The notes: generated by a model not told the origin, from the sequence alone. A DNA stretch of 64,000 bases from Laetmonice hystrix (GCA_965235115.1 OZ249440.1:32056001-32120000), one strand, 5' to 3'. Counted from the stretch's first letter, positions 48,453-61,330 are shown. A program made the numbers and translations.

Positions 48453-50640
48453 GAGTGAGAGTGAGAGTGAGTAGTGGTGATTTTCCGCCGTGTCGGCATC
48501 CAGGGCCATATTCACGGCGAAAACAGGGTTAAAAGACCATGAAATATAAGGAACCTATCTTATCCCGGGCCCCAACGGGAATATCATTAAAACACACTCC
48601 ATCCTGTCAGCCCAACAGGGCTATCGACGAGCCTGAACTATAAAAGAGTCAGAAGTCCAGCCTCTGACAAAAACTCTAAAATCACTCCTGGTCTAACATC
48701 GCTAAAAAGGTCCTAAAGACTTGTCTCATTATAAAACCGTTGTCTGATCAGAGTAAAATCACCACACTCAAGTAAAAGATGCTTCAGTGTCAAAGGACAC
48801 TGACAGCCATAACATTCTGGAGGTGGCTCCCCCTTCAATAAAAACACAAGAGTTAATCTAGAATTACCAACTCTGCATCGAGTAAAAACAATTTCATGCC
48901 TACGTTGGGTTAGGCCGCGACGGTACCTTTGGTTCACGACGGGACTGATCTGATACAATTTATTGTTTGGTTGTTCATCCAATTTAGCCTGCCATTTGTT
49001 CCTTTATGGTAAGTCTGAGATCAGAGGCAGGGATTGGACACAGTTCGACGTCTGTTTCAAGAGCCCTCTTGGTAGTTTTGTCAGCTTGCTCATTGCCCGG
49101 GATGACCAGGCACCCAGCAAAATTGAATATCAAAGTTTGCATTGGCAAGCACTGCCAACTTGGACAATATTTGATCGATCACTGGGTGATCTGTGTTCAA
49201 GAAAGCAAGTGCTTGCAGACAGGATAAGGAATCTGAGAAAATGAGGAAGTCCTTTTCACTAGAAATTTCAATATTTTGAAGGGCAAGAAGCAGGGCCCGG
49301 GCTTGCCCTGAGATGCGGGTGCCGAAGTTGTGCTTGCCATGAACTGCTGCTGCAGACACATCATTGCCATCCTTTGAGCCATCAGTATAGAAGGCATGGA
49401 TGTCAAAAAAAATGTTCAAAATATGTCAGGGGATGAGTCTCCGACTTCTTCAGTTGAGCCAACTGAAGAGTGACATTAGGCTTTTCAAGGTCCCAAGGAG
49501 GAATGGTGCAAAAATGTGTCTGTCCCAAGACGTTCAGATCAACATCCAGCCCCTCTAGATGAGGTTTGACCCTCAGTCCAAAAGGACGCACGTACGTTTC
49601 CCTTCGCTCATACAAATGTTGGATTTGACCTGTTTGTCCCGAGCTTGATGTGTCTTGATGGTGTTGCCATCTCGTTTGACTATCTTCTGACACACCTTGC
49701 CAGCTCAACCCAGCAAGGATCTCCTGCTCAGTTGTCGTGTCAAGAGAGTTTGTTCTAATAACAACCTTCCTGGATTGAGCGTCCGGTGACGAGAGGCCTT
49801 AATACTGTAACCTGCGAGTACAGTGGCACTCAGCAGGTTCGCAGAGTGGGCCTTTGTGGCACACACACTCTACCAACAGTTGGCCAGACCTCAAACGTTT
49901 ACAATCTTTGACTGTTCCAGCTATCCCCAATATGCCTTTATGTATGGCAAAAGGGGATAGCTTAGATATTGGTCGTTCAGCTTCTGCCGATTCAACAATG
50001 ATAAAACGAGGCCATTCCGTCAAATGTTCATTCTCCAGAGACCGGTCAGAGTCAGAGTCCGTTAGTTTCAGTAGTTTTCTTTGGGGGGGGGGGGATTGTT
50101 TGATGCCATGTTTGTGTTAGATTGTTTCACCAACCCTATTCCCCACCCTCCATGGAGCCCAACAAGGAGAAGTGCAGAGCTGCGGTAACCAGCAGTTGCA
50201 AACCAAGGATATAGGGTTGGTATACTCAAGCAATGGAACGAAAGGGGGTGTTGCCATTACTCGATTGACCCTAAGCCACCGCCTTCTAGGAATAAAGAAG
50301 AAATAGTTATGATAGATGTTGCCTATTGTATTAGAGAATTAAATTCACTGTAAAGTGTACTCAATACAAAAAATCCTAGGGCAAGGCGTGACCTGCCTGT
50401 TGGAACCTGCCTTGGGATATATTGGATCGGGCCTCTCCAACCTCCCGTCTAGGTGAAGTAGGAGCCAAAGCACCGTGTTGGACCTGTGAAAAGCCGCAGC
50501 ATTCACCGTCCTCAGGTACCAGGACGTCTTCCTCCACCGACACCAGTCGCGACTCACGGCAAACAAGTCGCCCCATTTATTCGCCTCTTACGAACAGCCA
50601 GGGGGGCTGGGGAACATTCTTACCCCGGTCCCCACGGGGG
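48453..50640 (-). mobile_element. Second, internally deleted copy of the I/Nimb-like LINE (5' UTR, ORF1 start, RNase H, CCHC, 3' UTR)
   Basis: WPRFIIVES...SPFAIHKGI...RSGQLLVEC (ORF1), FYTDGSKDG, FSDSLSCL, WVPGH (RNase H), CYGCQCPLTLKHLLLEC; 3' UTR matches 43565-43825; (ACTC/CTCA)n tail. Confidence 0.92.
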
Positions 50641-50945
50641 CCTAATCACTACAGTCAGGTGGGGTATATAGGGCCCTAATCACTACAGGCAGCTGAGGTA
50701 CATAAGGTTCTAATCACTACAGGTAGGTGTAGGATATAGGTTCCTAATCACTAGAGGCAGGTGGGGTATATAGGTTCCTAATCACTAAAGGCAAGTGGGG
50801 GAATGAAGGGGCGCAATCACTACCGGCAGGTGGGGTATGTAGGTTCCTAATCACTACAGTCATGTGGGTATATAGGTTCCTAATCACTACAGACAGGTGG
50901 GATATGGTTCCTAATCACTACAGGCAGGTGGGGTATGTAGGTTCA
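50641..50945. repeat. 34-bp tandem array, ~9 copies
   Basis: CCTAATCACTACAGGCAGGTGGGGTATATAGGTT consensus repeated. Confidence 0.92.
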
Positions 50946-51370
50946 TCATGGCATGAAGTTTTCAACATAGGCCTTTTATCATGGAATACGTCATTCGACG
51001 TCAGTTTATGACGTTATACAAACATTATTGGGTTGGGGCAGGCCGTAATAGGTAGTAGAAATTTCAGACTGCATATCTGTTGCTAGGCAACAGGCTGGTG
51101 CTACGAAATAACTGATGTTACCTTGTTAATCTCTGGTAGCACTTTGGGGGGTGGTAGGTGGCATTAATCTTTCTCCCTGGGACCATATGAAACTGGTTGC
51201 TAAGCATAATAATACTGTTGCTAAGCAACATTATCCTAAACCAGCCATACCAGGAAGGATTCAGAATGCCTTCTTATCTCAAAATAAAGATTATGGTACC
51301 AGGTTGCATTATGGAAAATATGTGTTTATCATGAGCTATACAATTGGTTTGGCTGTCTGACCCACCTTAA

Positions 51371-51925
51371 AGGGAGCTGTTAAATTCATTTTTTCGATTT
51401 ATGGCAGTCTTAGAAACATATGATTCGCATACCTTAGACTCCCAGTAACATCATGTGAGACTGTTATGGCCCAGCGACCAGTATTTAGTAAGGAAAATAT
51501 GCCAAATCTCTCGCAAATACGTAGCTCAGAATTAGCGAGCGGCCCACAGGATATTTGAGTTGGCCACGGTCGGGCGATGATGACGCATGATCACGTGACT
51601 TCCGGGTGTGGAAGGGAATCTCCCTCTAGTCTAGCGTTGACCTAAATACCGCATGTACACCCGGAAGTCACGTGATCATCGCCCGACCGCGGCCAACTCA
51701 AATATCCTGTGGGCCGCTCGCTAATTCTGAGCTACGTATTTGCGAGAGATTTGGCATATTTTCCTTACTAAATACTGGTCGCTGGGCATATTTTCCTTAC
51801 TAAATACTGGTCGCTGGGCCATAATAACAGTCTCACATGGGACTGGGTTACTGGGAGTCCAAGGTATGCGAATCATATGTTTCTAAGACTGCCATAAATC
51901 GAAAAAATGAATTTTACGGCTCCCT
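51371..51925. mobile_element. Kolobok-like foldback MITE
   Basis: TTAA|AGGGAGC...GCTCCCT|TTAA; ~240-bp inverted arms; 32-bp duplication in right arm. Confidence 0.9.
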
Positions 51926-52759
51926 TTAAATCCTTCCCAGAAGCTCCACGCAAAGAGAGGGCCTAGCTTGATGTCTACCATTTTAAAAAATCCCAGCTCC
52001 AGCAGCAAACTCTGTTGCTAGGCAACAGTAACATTCTACATGACAAGATAAATAAGCAATGAAATGCTGACACTGATTTGTGCTGGTTTCTCTTCGTAAA
52101 TCTATATATATTAGGTTGGAGCAGCCCATTGCTAAGGAAATTTCAATATTTATGTCTGTTGCTAGGCAACGGGCTGGTATTACAAAATGACTGATGTGAC
52201 CATGGAAACCCATGATATCACTTTAGTCAACATAAGTGTTCTCCTTTCTCCTTGGAGCCATATAAAAAGCTGGTTGCTTTTCTGCCACTTTCCTAAAACC
52301 AGCATTTCGAAACTGATGTTTTTACCCCAAAATTGACCATTCTTTCTGAATGTATGTGTAACGTACTTTAACCGAGGGAAAGGTAACTAGAAAACTGCCT
52401 GGGTATATCAGAATGGAGTTAGCATTGAAACTACCCCAATATTTCATACGAGTTCTGAAATATGAAGTTTTAAAATTTGGTCCCCCAAAACGTATTTTTT
52501 ACCCCAAAATGGTCGTTGCCATGGTAACCGTTGAGAAAAATTTTGATTAAAAAATAGAAAAAAAAATAACACTTGTACTGGTCATAATTTCCACATTTTG
52601 ATTTTTTTTTTTCTAGCTTTGCTTACCCTTTTTATAAGGCGAAATTTTAAAAACGTGGATTTAGCCCCAAAACACTTATTTTCCCAAGAAAAGGGTATAA
52701 AGCTACCACTTGGGAATGTCTCGAGGTGGTACCGAAAAGTGTATTGGCCCATGGCCTAT

Positions 52760-55700
52760 GATGGAAATGCAAACTTGAGCTCTGTAATTCACCGAATGAG
52801 AACCTATGAGAGTGCTCAAACAGAACTGCAGATGGCAGTAAAAGCAAAGTCAGTGCATGCGGTGCAGGCTTCTGAACGGGATACTGAATCTGTAGATGCT
52901 GTACATGGACCACGTGGTCAGCGAGCAAGAGGGCGGCACAGAGGTGGTCAGCGTGGTCAAGGCGGCCAACGTGGTGGGCATACTCATTGTAACGTCCTCT
53001 GGTGGGGCGTTACCCAAGTTCAGAAGGATTGTCTCTCTTTGTGATATTAAAAATGAAATAACACAAGAAAAGGATGTGGTACAGTAAATAATAACTTTAT
53101 TTCAGAACGGGCAGTTCTAACTAATGTAAATAAAGTATAAATAACTAACCCATTACTCCGCCTTCTCAGGGAAAATTACTGTACTTACTCGTTGTGTCTT
53201 ACAATTAGAAGAGGAGAAATAGAATAACTAGACTAGAACAGAAAAATAACCAACGAACCCTCGGTGAAGAGGAATTCACTAATTATGAGGAGAAAAATAG
53301 ATGTATTAATTTAGAGACATAGGAAAGAAAGCAATCCGTGAGAGAAATACCAGACAGAGGGCAGTCTGTCCAGCAGCAGGGGAAAGCTACTGCTGGGGAA
53401 TACCATGTCCGATACTCTGGTAGGAATGCTTGAAATGTTTAACTTAAGACTAAACCATAGATAAGTGTGCTATACCTTGCTGATTCCTCAGATCCAGGTA
53501 GTTCTGCTGCTTCTTGTGCAGTGTACAGATGGTGATGGCTTACTTATAGGCAGCCAGGCACCACAGAAACGGTGTGTTATCAGAAATAGTTAATGGGCTA
53601 CAGTAGTAAGTATAGTACTGCCCCCTGGTGATGAAGAACAGAAGTAGAAAATATACCAGGCAGAAAGGGACACAGTTGAGAAGATTATAAAGAAAGAAGA
53701 GTTCTGACGATAGCTGAGAGAGCAGAGTTTGGAGACAGGTTGGTACAGAGCCTAGGATATTACACTCATAATCACAACGAAGCCAAGATGACAGATAAGG
53801 AGTTAACTCATGTCAGCACTGTGGGAGAGTACACAGTCCTCGTCATTGCCCTGCGTATGGACAGATCTGTCGTAAGTGCAATGCCAAGGGTCACTTTGCA
53901 CGCAGGTGTCCAAAGAATGTTCTATATACTGTCAGTCAGGAGGAGCATGATGGTCTATACCTTGATAGTGTTGAAGCTGTGCATGCCATTGAGGACAGTT
54001 GGTACTCAGTCTTACAAGTGGATGCTGATAAGGTCAGAATGAAACTTGATATTGGAGCGACAATCAATGTCCTACCACAGAGAGTGTACTGTCAGCTGAC
54101 CAACAAGAGGAAGCTCATTAAGTCAAGCGATAATGTTTATGGGTATGGAAGGAAGCCTTTGGACCATTTGGGCTTTGTTACACCGAGATGTCAAGTAGGT
54201 AGAAGGATTTATCAGTTCTACGTGATGGATGTCAATTGCCCACCTCTCCTAGGAAAAGCAGCATGTGAGGAACTTGGACTGGTCATGCGGGGAAAACAAG
54301 TGGATACTCTTACTCGTTCACTTACAAAAGAGAGTCTCATCCAAGAGTACAGTGAGCAATTCAGCGGTCTAGGCAGGTTTGTGGAGCCGGATGATGCACA
54401 ACTGGATCCTGAAGCACGTCCTGTGATACATCCACTTAGGCGTGTTCCTCTGAGTCTCCAGGCAAGACTAAGAAGAAGCTGGATTTAATGGAGGCAGAAG
54501 GAGTCATCGTGAAGAGAGATAAGCCCACTGATTGGGTCAGCAGTCAAGTCGTCGTTGAAAAGAAAGATGGAACACTGCGACTATGTCTTGATCCACGAGA
54601 CTTAAACAAAGTAATCAGACGGGAACATTTTATGATACCCACTGCTGAAGATGTTGTCAGTCAGTTGGGAGGAAAGAAATCCTTCACGGTGTTAGACCAA
54701 AAAGATAGCTATTGGCAGGTGCCTTGGACACCGAAAACATCAGAGCTGTTCACATTTAATACCCCCTTTGGGAGTCCTTCAGAAAAGGAACTAGTGAGTG
54801 TTTGGAGACGTGCAAGGAGTCCATATCATAATCCGATGATATGATTATTGCGACGGAAACAGAAGACCAACATGATGAGGTTCTGAGGAAAGTTATGGAG
54901 AGGGCGAAAGAGAACAACATCAAGTTCAACAAGGAATTGATAAAGTTCAAAGTAAAGAAAGTTGTATACGTTGGGAATGTGGTCAGTGCAGATGGATGAA
55001 GCCAGATGGAGAAAAAGTCAGAGCGATAAGCGAAATACCTGATCCAGAGAACAAGCAAGACCTATTGCGTATCCTGGGGATGATCAACTATCTCGCCCAG
55101 TTCATTCCCAATTTGGCAGCAACTACAGCCCCCCTCTGAGAGTTACTGAAAAAAGATGCTGACTGGTCATGGCGCCCAGTACATGCAGCAGCACTTGAGG
55201 AGTCAGCTGAAGAGGATTCTGTGTAGTAAGCCTGTGCTAGCATTTTTCGATGTTAGTATGCCAGTGACTGTGCAATGCGATGCCTCATCTTATGGCTTGG
55301 GAGCTTGCCTGCTACAAGGAGGGTAACTAGTGGCATATGCCTCTAGGTCATTGATAAGTGCGGAGAAGTACGATGCCCAAATAGAAAAGGAGCTATTGTG
55401 GCAATTTGTTTCTCAATGGAAAAGTTTCATCACTATGTTTATGGCAGGAAAGTAACTGTACAGTCAGACCACAAGCCATTTGAAGCTATAGTGAAGAAGC
55501 CAGTCTACAAGGCATCACCTCGACTCTAGCTCATGTTACTTCGGTTAATGAGATACTCAGTGGACATTGTTTTTGTGCCAAGAAAATACATGCACATAGC
55601 AGATACACTGAGCAGAGCGATGATAGAGAGCCCAGTGAGTGAGGAAAACAGATCATTAATTGAGGAAGCGGAGCTGCGTGTGCACAGCATAGTCAGCCAG

Positions 55701-56885
55701 CTGCCCATGAGTGAGGAACGACAGAAAGAAATTCTGTGTGCAACAAGTAATATCTCGTCCTCCAGGCCCTCATTGAGCAGTGTAAGAAGGGCTGGCCCAG
55801 TCATAGATGGAGTGCTCCGGAAGAAGTACGTACCTATTGGTCCCTGAGAGATGAGATTCATCATGCAGATGGGCTGGTTTTTGTTGGAGACAAGTTATTG
55901 ATTCCAAAGGAATTGAGGAGTTCAATGTTACAGAAAATCCATTGAAGCCTCTTTGGGATGGAGAAGTCCGAGAAATAATGTATTGGCCCGGCATGTCAAG
56001 CGACATTGAGGAGATGGTTTCGTGGTGCAAAGTGTGCAAAGTACCAACCCAACCACCAGCGGGAGCTGTTGATCCTACATGAAGTTCCAAATAGGCCTTG
56101 GAGCAAGGTGGGAGCTGATATCTTTCAGTTTGGCAACTCAAGTACCCTGAAGTGGTAAGTCTGCCAAACAAGACAGCAGCAACAGTAATCTGGAAGCTCA
56201 AATCTATGTTTGCAAGACATGGAATTCCAGACACGTTCATGAGTGACAATATGCCATTTGCATCCCGTGAGATGCGAGAGTTTGCACATGAGTGGGGATT
56301 TGAACTAGTCACATCAAGTCCAACATATCCCAGGAGCAACGGCCTCAGTGAGCGGTGGGTTCAAACCATAAAACAGTTGATGCGGAAGGCCCAAGGACAA
56401 GGCACTGACCCCTATCTGGCTCTGTTGGGACTACCGTACATCACCAATAGCCGGTATCAAGTACTACAACAAGGGTACAAGGAAGCTGGGAGAACTACAT
56501 CCTGGAGATGGAGTTCGTATTCGTATACCAGCAGTGGTACTACAACAGCATGTAATGCCACGGTCTGATGTCGTCCAAAACGCAGAGGGTCAAGTATACA
56601 GGAGGAACAGACAGCACCTGTTGGACAGGAAGGAGGATCCGCCAGCGATTCTTCCGTCTATTGATGAACGTTCTGCAGAGGTAGCGAGTCAACGGGCAAC
56701 TCCTTTGATTGGACATCAGCAGACATCACAATCAGCAACTCCTTTGATTGAACATCAGCAGGCATCAGAGCCAGCAGTTGCTCAAGAGGCTCACCAACAT
56801 CAGTCGCAAAACCCACCACCATGTGTGCCACAGCCATATCAGCGAACCAGTGGTCGAATTAGACAACAGCCAGTGAAGCTGAATG
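52760..56885 (+). mobile_element. Decayed Ty3/Gypsy gag-pol (Mag-like)
   Basis: Tandem knuckles CQHCGRVHSPRHC and CRKCNAKGHFARRC (53811-53909); protease LDIGATINVL; RT LRLCLDPRDLN, LDQKDSYWQV; RNase H CDASSYGLGA, EKELL, DHKP; integrase FARHGIPDTFMSDN, SNGLSER; many stops and frameshifts. Confidence 0.93.
52988..53764 (-). mobile_element. Solo LTR inserted in the Gypsy gag
   Basis: TGTAACGTCC...GGATATTACA termini; 5-bp TSD CTCAT; minus-strand TATAAG (~53543) and AATAAA (~53096) suggest orientation. Confidence 0.85.
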
Positions 56886-57697
56886 GCATAAGGGCAGGTG
56901 CTGAGGACCGAGCCCCAGCGGTTGATCATGTTATGGAACCTCTGATTACATATCATGAGTTTAAAGCCCCATTTACGGTGGGTACCTACCGTAATCTGGG
57001 TCAGCTCATGAACCCTTATCAGGGCAGGTCGACAGGGAGAGGGGCGGGGCTAAAGGGCATGACGCAGCGACTCAGTGCTATATATAGCTCTTCACCCCAC
57101 TTCTCCTTTCTCCAGCTGTTTTTATCACACAACACTGACAACATCACCAGGATGCTTGTTGGGCATATTTGTTCTTCTTTGGATGAATGTATTATTTCTC
57201 TATTATTAATATTTTAGTACAATTTTAAGTCTTCAGTGAAACTGGTATTTTTCATACACAATATATTTATGTTTAAACCTAACATAGTACCCAATAATAA
57301 TGAATAGTTTGGAACAACTGTATTTGAGAGGATCTGTACTACTGGTAATCTGATATTGTGTGTGGGGGTAGAGGTCGGTGGTCATATTGGAGAAAGGGGA
57401 CTTCCAAGAGAAAGTAGACCGTTTACCTGACAGTCCTGGAAGGGGCAGTCATATCGTCCATGATGGTCATAACCCTTGAATTCAGACAGGATCTTTTCAC
57501 AGTTCTAGCTTGCAACAGATCTCCAGTCATTCCAACTTAAAAGGAGGCCAAATTAATATATGAATGTGCATGTAACACTGTAACATTCGAACACCGTAAT
57601 CTGGCCTGTTCTAATAAAAATATTACAGAACACTCTTCCAGATTGAACTAGCAGAAGAAAAGGTTTTTTCCATGAGGATCTTTCTCCCAGTTTTTCG

Positions 57698-59347
57698 TCA
57701 TGGGGCAAGGATGCTCTCAGTCAGAGTGATGGAGGTGAAGCTTCGGTCTATGTTGTCATTCCACTCTAAGATTGCCATGTTGCTTCTTCTTTTGTATTCA
57801 TTTTCCCCAAAGACTATTCTTTTGTCATGAAAGACAAGAGCGGCATTATTAAATGATTCAACATAGTGAGAACTTTGGCAGTGGACATAATGTTCTGCAT
57901 TTTTGTAAATTCTGCTCCGTTTTATTGCTGTTGTTAGAAGATTTATTGCAACTGGATCCGTCAGAAGGTATTTACTTGGTTCATAAATGTCTGCATCCTC
58001 TCTGCACCGTGCTGTCTGGAAACAGTTTTCATGATTCCCTCTATAATGCTCAACTAAATTCAGAAGGTTGCTCCTGAGTTTCTCCGAAGACCCCTCACAG
58101 TTTTTCATGCTCCAATAGGCATGGGTTTTGATGCTGGCTGCCTTATCTGAGAGTTCAGGGTGCCATGTTTTCCCCTGATTCCGTTTGGGACCTCGTGTTA
58201 CTTTGAGCATTTCTTTAGCCATTCCTTTGGTGACATGCCACGTATCATTGCTGTTTTTCGTTGGCTGCCGTTCATTTGCCACAAACTTGTTTATTGATGC
58301 ATTTGCATCATGTATATGAACGAGAATTGGCACTTGTTGTTCATCAAAGTATTGGTATACACGTTTTGTGCCGACCATCTCATGCCTCTGACTGATGGGG
58401 TCGTCCCTCTTTGTTACGTGTTGGTGATTGAGAACCTTATTTGTAAGGTTTCCAAGACAAACAACATCAGTGTCCTTTGTATTTTTTCTCCATCCATGCC
58501 TAGCATCTGTAACTATAGCTATGCCTTCCAGGTTTCCTGAGGCTATTTCCTCTCGCAGTGCTTCTTCCATGGACCTGACTACTTGTTCTTCTGTCTTAGC
58601 ATTGTAGACCTCTTTCAGACTGCTAAAAAAGGTGTCACCAACAAGTCCTATATTTGCATCTTTACAGAATCGTTCGTACTGGACAGGTAATAATCCAGAC
58701 ATCATGTATCCATGAACCATCCTCATATTGACCAAGTACTTTCCTCCTGCAATATGTGGAGATGTTGAATACTTGAAGGATGGACATTCACCTGTACAGG
58801 TGATGGTGTATGATCCTGCATGGCGCATCTCCTGTACCTCATTGATTTCGAGGGAACATTGACATGTCCTGTCATGATGTTGGATTAGCTTCAAAAGATG
58901 TTCAATACTTGAGGAAGTCGTCAGATATATCCTCTCTTCTGTGTCTTCCTGCGTGCAGTATTGGTAGGAGGATACACCTGTTGATGCCAATGACAGCTCC
59001 TCGGAGGCAGCACTATTGTCACTGACTGGTCGATGATGATCCAAGTAATAATCAACCACTGCATTAAGGGCTTCAAAATTGGATGTCATTGACACGTTTC
59101 CCTCGCCAAGAATGATTTTCACACGATCAAGCTTGTTCAATGTTTCTGATTTTTCTGTCTCAGTGTTGACATAAAACTTTATCCTTCCCTCTATCTTCGC
59201 CTCCCCTGAGGCTTGCTTGATCTTCTTCCTTTCATTTCTCAATCGCTGAGCATCTTTGTCATCATCAGTAGCATATCTTTTCCGGGAAAATAGCTGTCTT
59301 TGAGCGTCCCTGACCCGTGGAAGGTGCTGATCAGTGTTGCTAGCCAT
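57698..59347 (-). CDS. DDE transposase, Kolobok-like, 549 aa; probably ends at a premature stop
   Basis: Motifs IVTDAR, IHDANASI, NDTWH, HYRGNHENC, VESFNN, KR, MAILEWNDN follow the Kolobok/Mutator-like pattern; the frame stays open 24 codons past the TGA. Confidence 0.7.
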   Translation of the reverse strand: MASNTDQHLPRVRDAQRQLFSRKRYATDDDKDAQRLRNERKKIKQASGEAKIEGRIKFYVNTETEKSETLNKLDRVKIILGEGNVSMTSNFEALNAVVDYYLDHHRPVSDNSAASEELSLASTGVSSYQYCTQEDTEERIYLTTSSSIEHLLKLIQHHDRTCQCSLEINEVQEMRHAGSYTITCTGECPSFKYSTSPHIAGGKYLVNMRMVHGYMMSGLLPVQYERFCKDANIGLVGDTFFSSLKEVYNAKTEEQVVRSMEEALREEIASGNLEGIAIVTDARHGWRKNTKDTDVVCLGNLTNKVLNHQHVTKRDDPISQRHEMVGTKRVYQYFDEQQVPILVHIHDANASINKFVANERQPTKNSNDTWHVTKGMAKEMLKVTRGPKRNQGKTWHPELSDKAASIKTHAYWSMKNCEGSSEKLRSNLLNLVEHYRGNHENCFQTARCREDADIYEPSKYLLTDPVAINLLTTAIKRSRIYKNAEHYVHCQSSHYVESFNNAALVFHDKRIVFGENEYKRRSNMAILEWNDNIDRSFTSITLTESILAP

Positions 59348-60115
59348 GACCAGTAAAAATATAAACTCTGTGAAATCTAAACACTTGCAGAAACTTGGCC
59401 AGTTTCAGCACAGGATACATTAGCTGACAGCCGGGGCACTATGCAAAAACACCATGATTTGACTGTATGGAATGCCATGTGAAAATTTATTGAAGAACTC
59501 AACCAGCCAGTCTGTAATGCACCTATATGTTGATATTTTTGCAAGAAGTCGATACACATCTTAAAAAGTTGTGCAACTACCCACAAAACGTTTTATTTCA
59601 GCAAAACATGATATTTCAGTGAGATGCTACACAATGAAAGACTCTCATTGCATAATAAAAATATAATTACAAAAATAGATCTACTTAAATGTGACATACA
59701 ACATTTGTAAATTATTTTATGGAGCCCCAGCGAATATATACCCTGTGGGATTCATCAACAAAATGTCAGTTTGGCGTGCAATAGGGTTAGATCTGTTCAT
59801 TATGGCGGGAAAATTGGGCGCGTTCTTCAGCCTGACATTTGACACCCTTCCCTAATGATCCAAGTGTCTTAGGGGTGGAAGGCTGGAGCTAATCTTACAT
59901 ACATTCCTGTGTGTTTCCTATCCAGTATACAACTAGAAATTGTTCAGTCCGAACAGGACGTCTCCCCTTTTTTAAAGTAATGACATCATATAATTTTTGA
60001 GAGAGGACTAATTAGTATGAAAGTAGTGTGTTGCAAAAGCAATGATATAGCTATGGCAGATTTTCTATGCGAAAGAAAAGATTAACTAGTTGCGAGGTGC
60101 CCAGGGCACAGGTAT

Positions 60116-61330
60116 CCCATTCACCAGTCAATGGTGTTAAAATCGGAAATTAGGTCAACTTGGCCGCCATCTTGGATTTTTCAAATTCTGTTCAAATGGG
60201 TCAAGTTTTCCATCCTAACCCCAATGGTGAAAACCAGACGTTGATATCTTTAACCGTTTTAGAGATATCACTGATTTTGGGTTGAAAATGACCTAAAAGG
60301 GCCAACTTTGAAGAGCCATAATTTGGAAACTATTGATTTTAGGGGAGCCATCTCGGTGTCAGAGACAGCTGACCCATTACCCAATCCAATGGTTTTAAAA
60401 TCGGAAATTAGGTCAACTTGGCCGCCATCTTGGATTTTTCAAATTCTGTTCAAATGGGTCAAGTTTTCCATCCTAACCCCAATGGTGAAAACCAGACGTT
60501 GATATCTTTAACCGTTTTAGAGATATCACTGATTTTGGGTTGAAAATGACCTAAAAGAGCCAACTTTGAAGAGCCATAATTTGGAAACTATTGATTTTAG
60601 GGGAGCCATCTCGGTGTCAGAGACAGCTGACCCATTACCCAATCCAATGGTTTTAAAATCGGAAATTAGGTCAACTTGGCCGCCATCTTGGATTTTTCAA
60701 ATTCAGTTTAAATGGGTCAAGTTTTCCATCCTAACCCCAATGGTGAAAACCAGACGTTGATATCTTTAACCATTTTAGAGATATCACTGATTTTTGGTTG
60801 AAAATGACCTAAAAGGGCCAACTTTGAAGAGCCATAACTTAGAAACTATTGATTTTAGGGGAGCCATCTCGGTGTCAGAGACAGCTGACCTATTACCCAA
60901 TCCAATGGGGTTAAAATCGGAAATTAGGTCAACTTGGCCGCCATCTTGGATTTTTCAAATTCAGGGAAAATGGCTCAAGGTTTTCATCCCAAACCCAATG
61001 GTCAAAACCAGACATTGATATCTTTAACCGTTTTCGAGGTATCACTGATGTTTGGTTGAAAATAACCTAAAAGGGCCAACTTTGAGGGGCCATAAGATGG
61101 AAACTATCGAATTTAGGGGAGCCATCTCGGTGTCAGAGATAGTGGACCTATTACCCAATCCAATGGTGCTGAAATTGGAAATTAGGTCAACTTGGCCGCC
61201 ATCTTGGATTTTTCAAATTCGCTGAGGATGGGTCAAGTTTTTTATGCTAAACCCAAAGGTGAAACCCAGACATTGATATCTTTAACCGTTTTCGAGATAT
61301 CACTGATCTTTGGTTGAAAATTACCTAAAA
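60116..61330. repeat. 258-bp tandem array, ~4.7 copies
   Basis: AAATCGGAAATTAGGTCAACTTGGCCGCCATCTTGGATTTTTC every 258 bp (ORF echoes at 60308, 60566). Confidence 0.95.

Noticed and set aside
52598..53044. 148-aa ORF with hydrophobic N-terminus resembling a signal peptide
   Set aside because: The N-terminus comes from a T-run; the rest is a gag fragment running into the solo LTR.
56928..57145. Possible 3' LTR of the Gypsy element (TGTTATGG...)
   Set aside because: No adjacent clear polypurine tract and no partner LTR or TSD in the window.
60308..61018. Repeated 64-74 aa ORFs
   Set aside because: By-products of the 258-bp array, with non-ATG starts.
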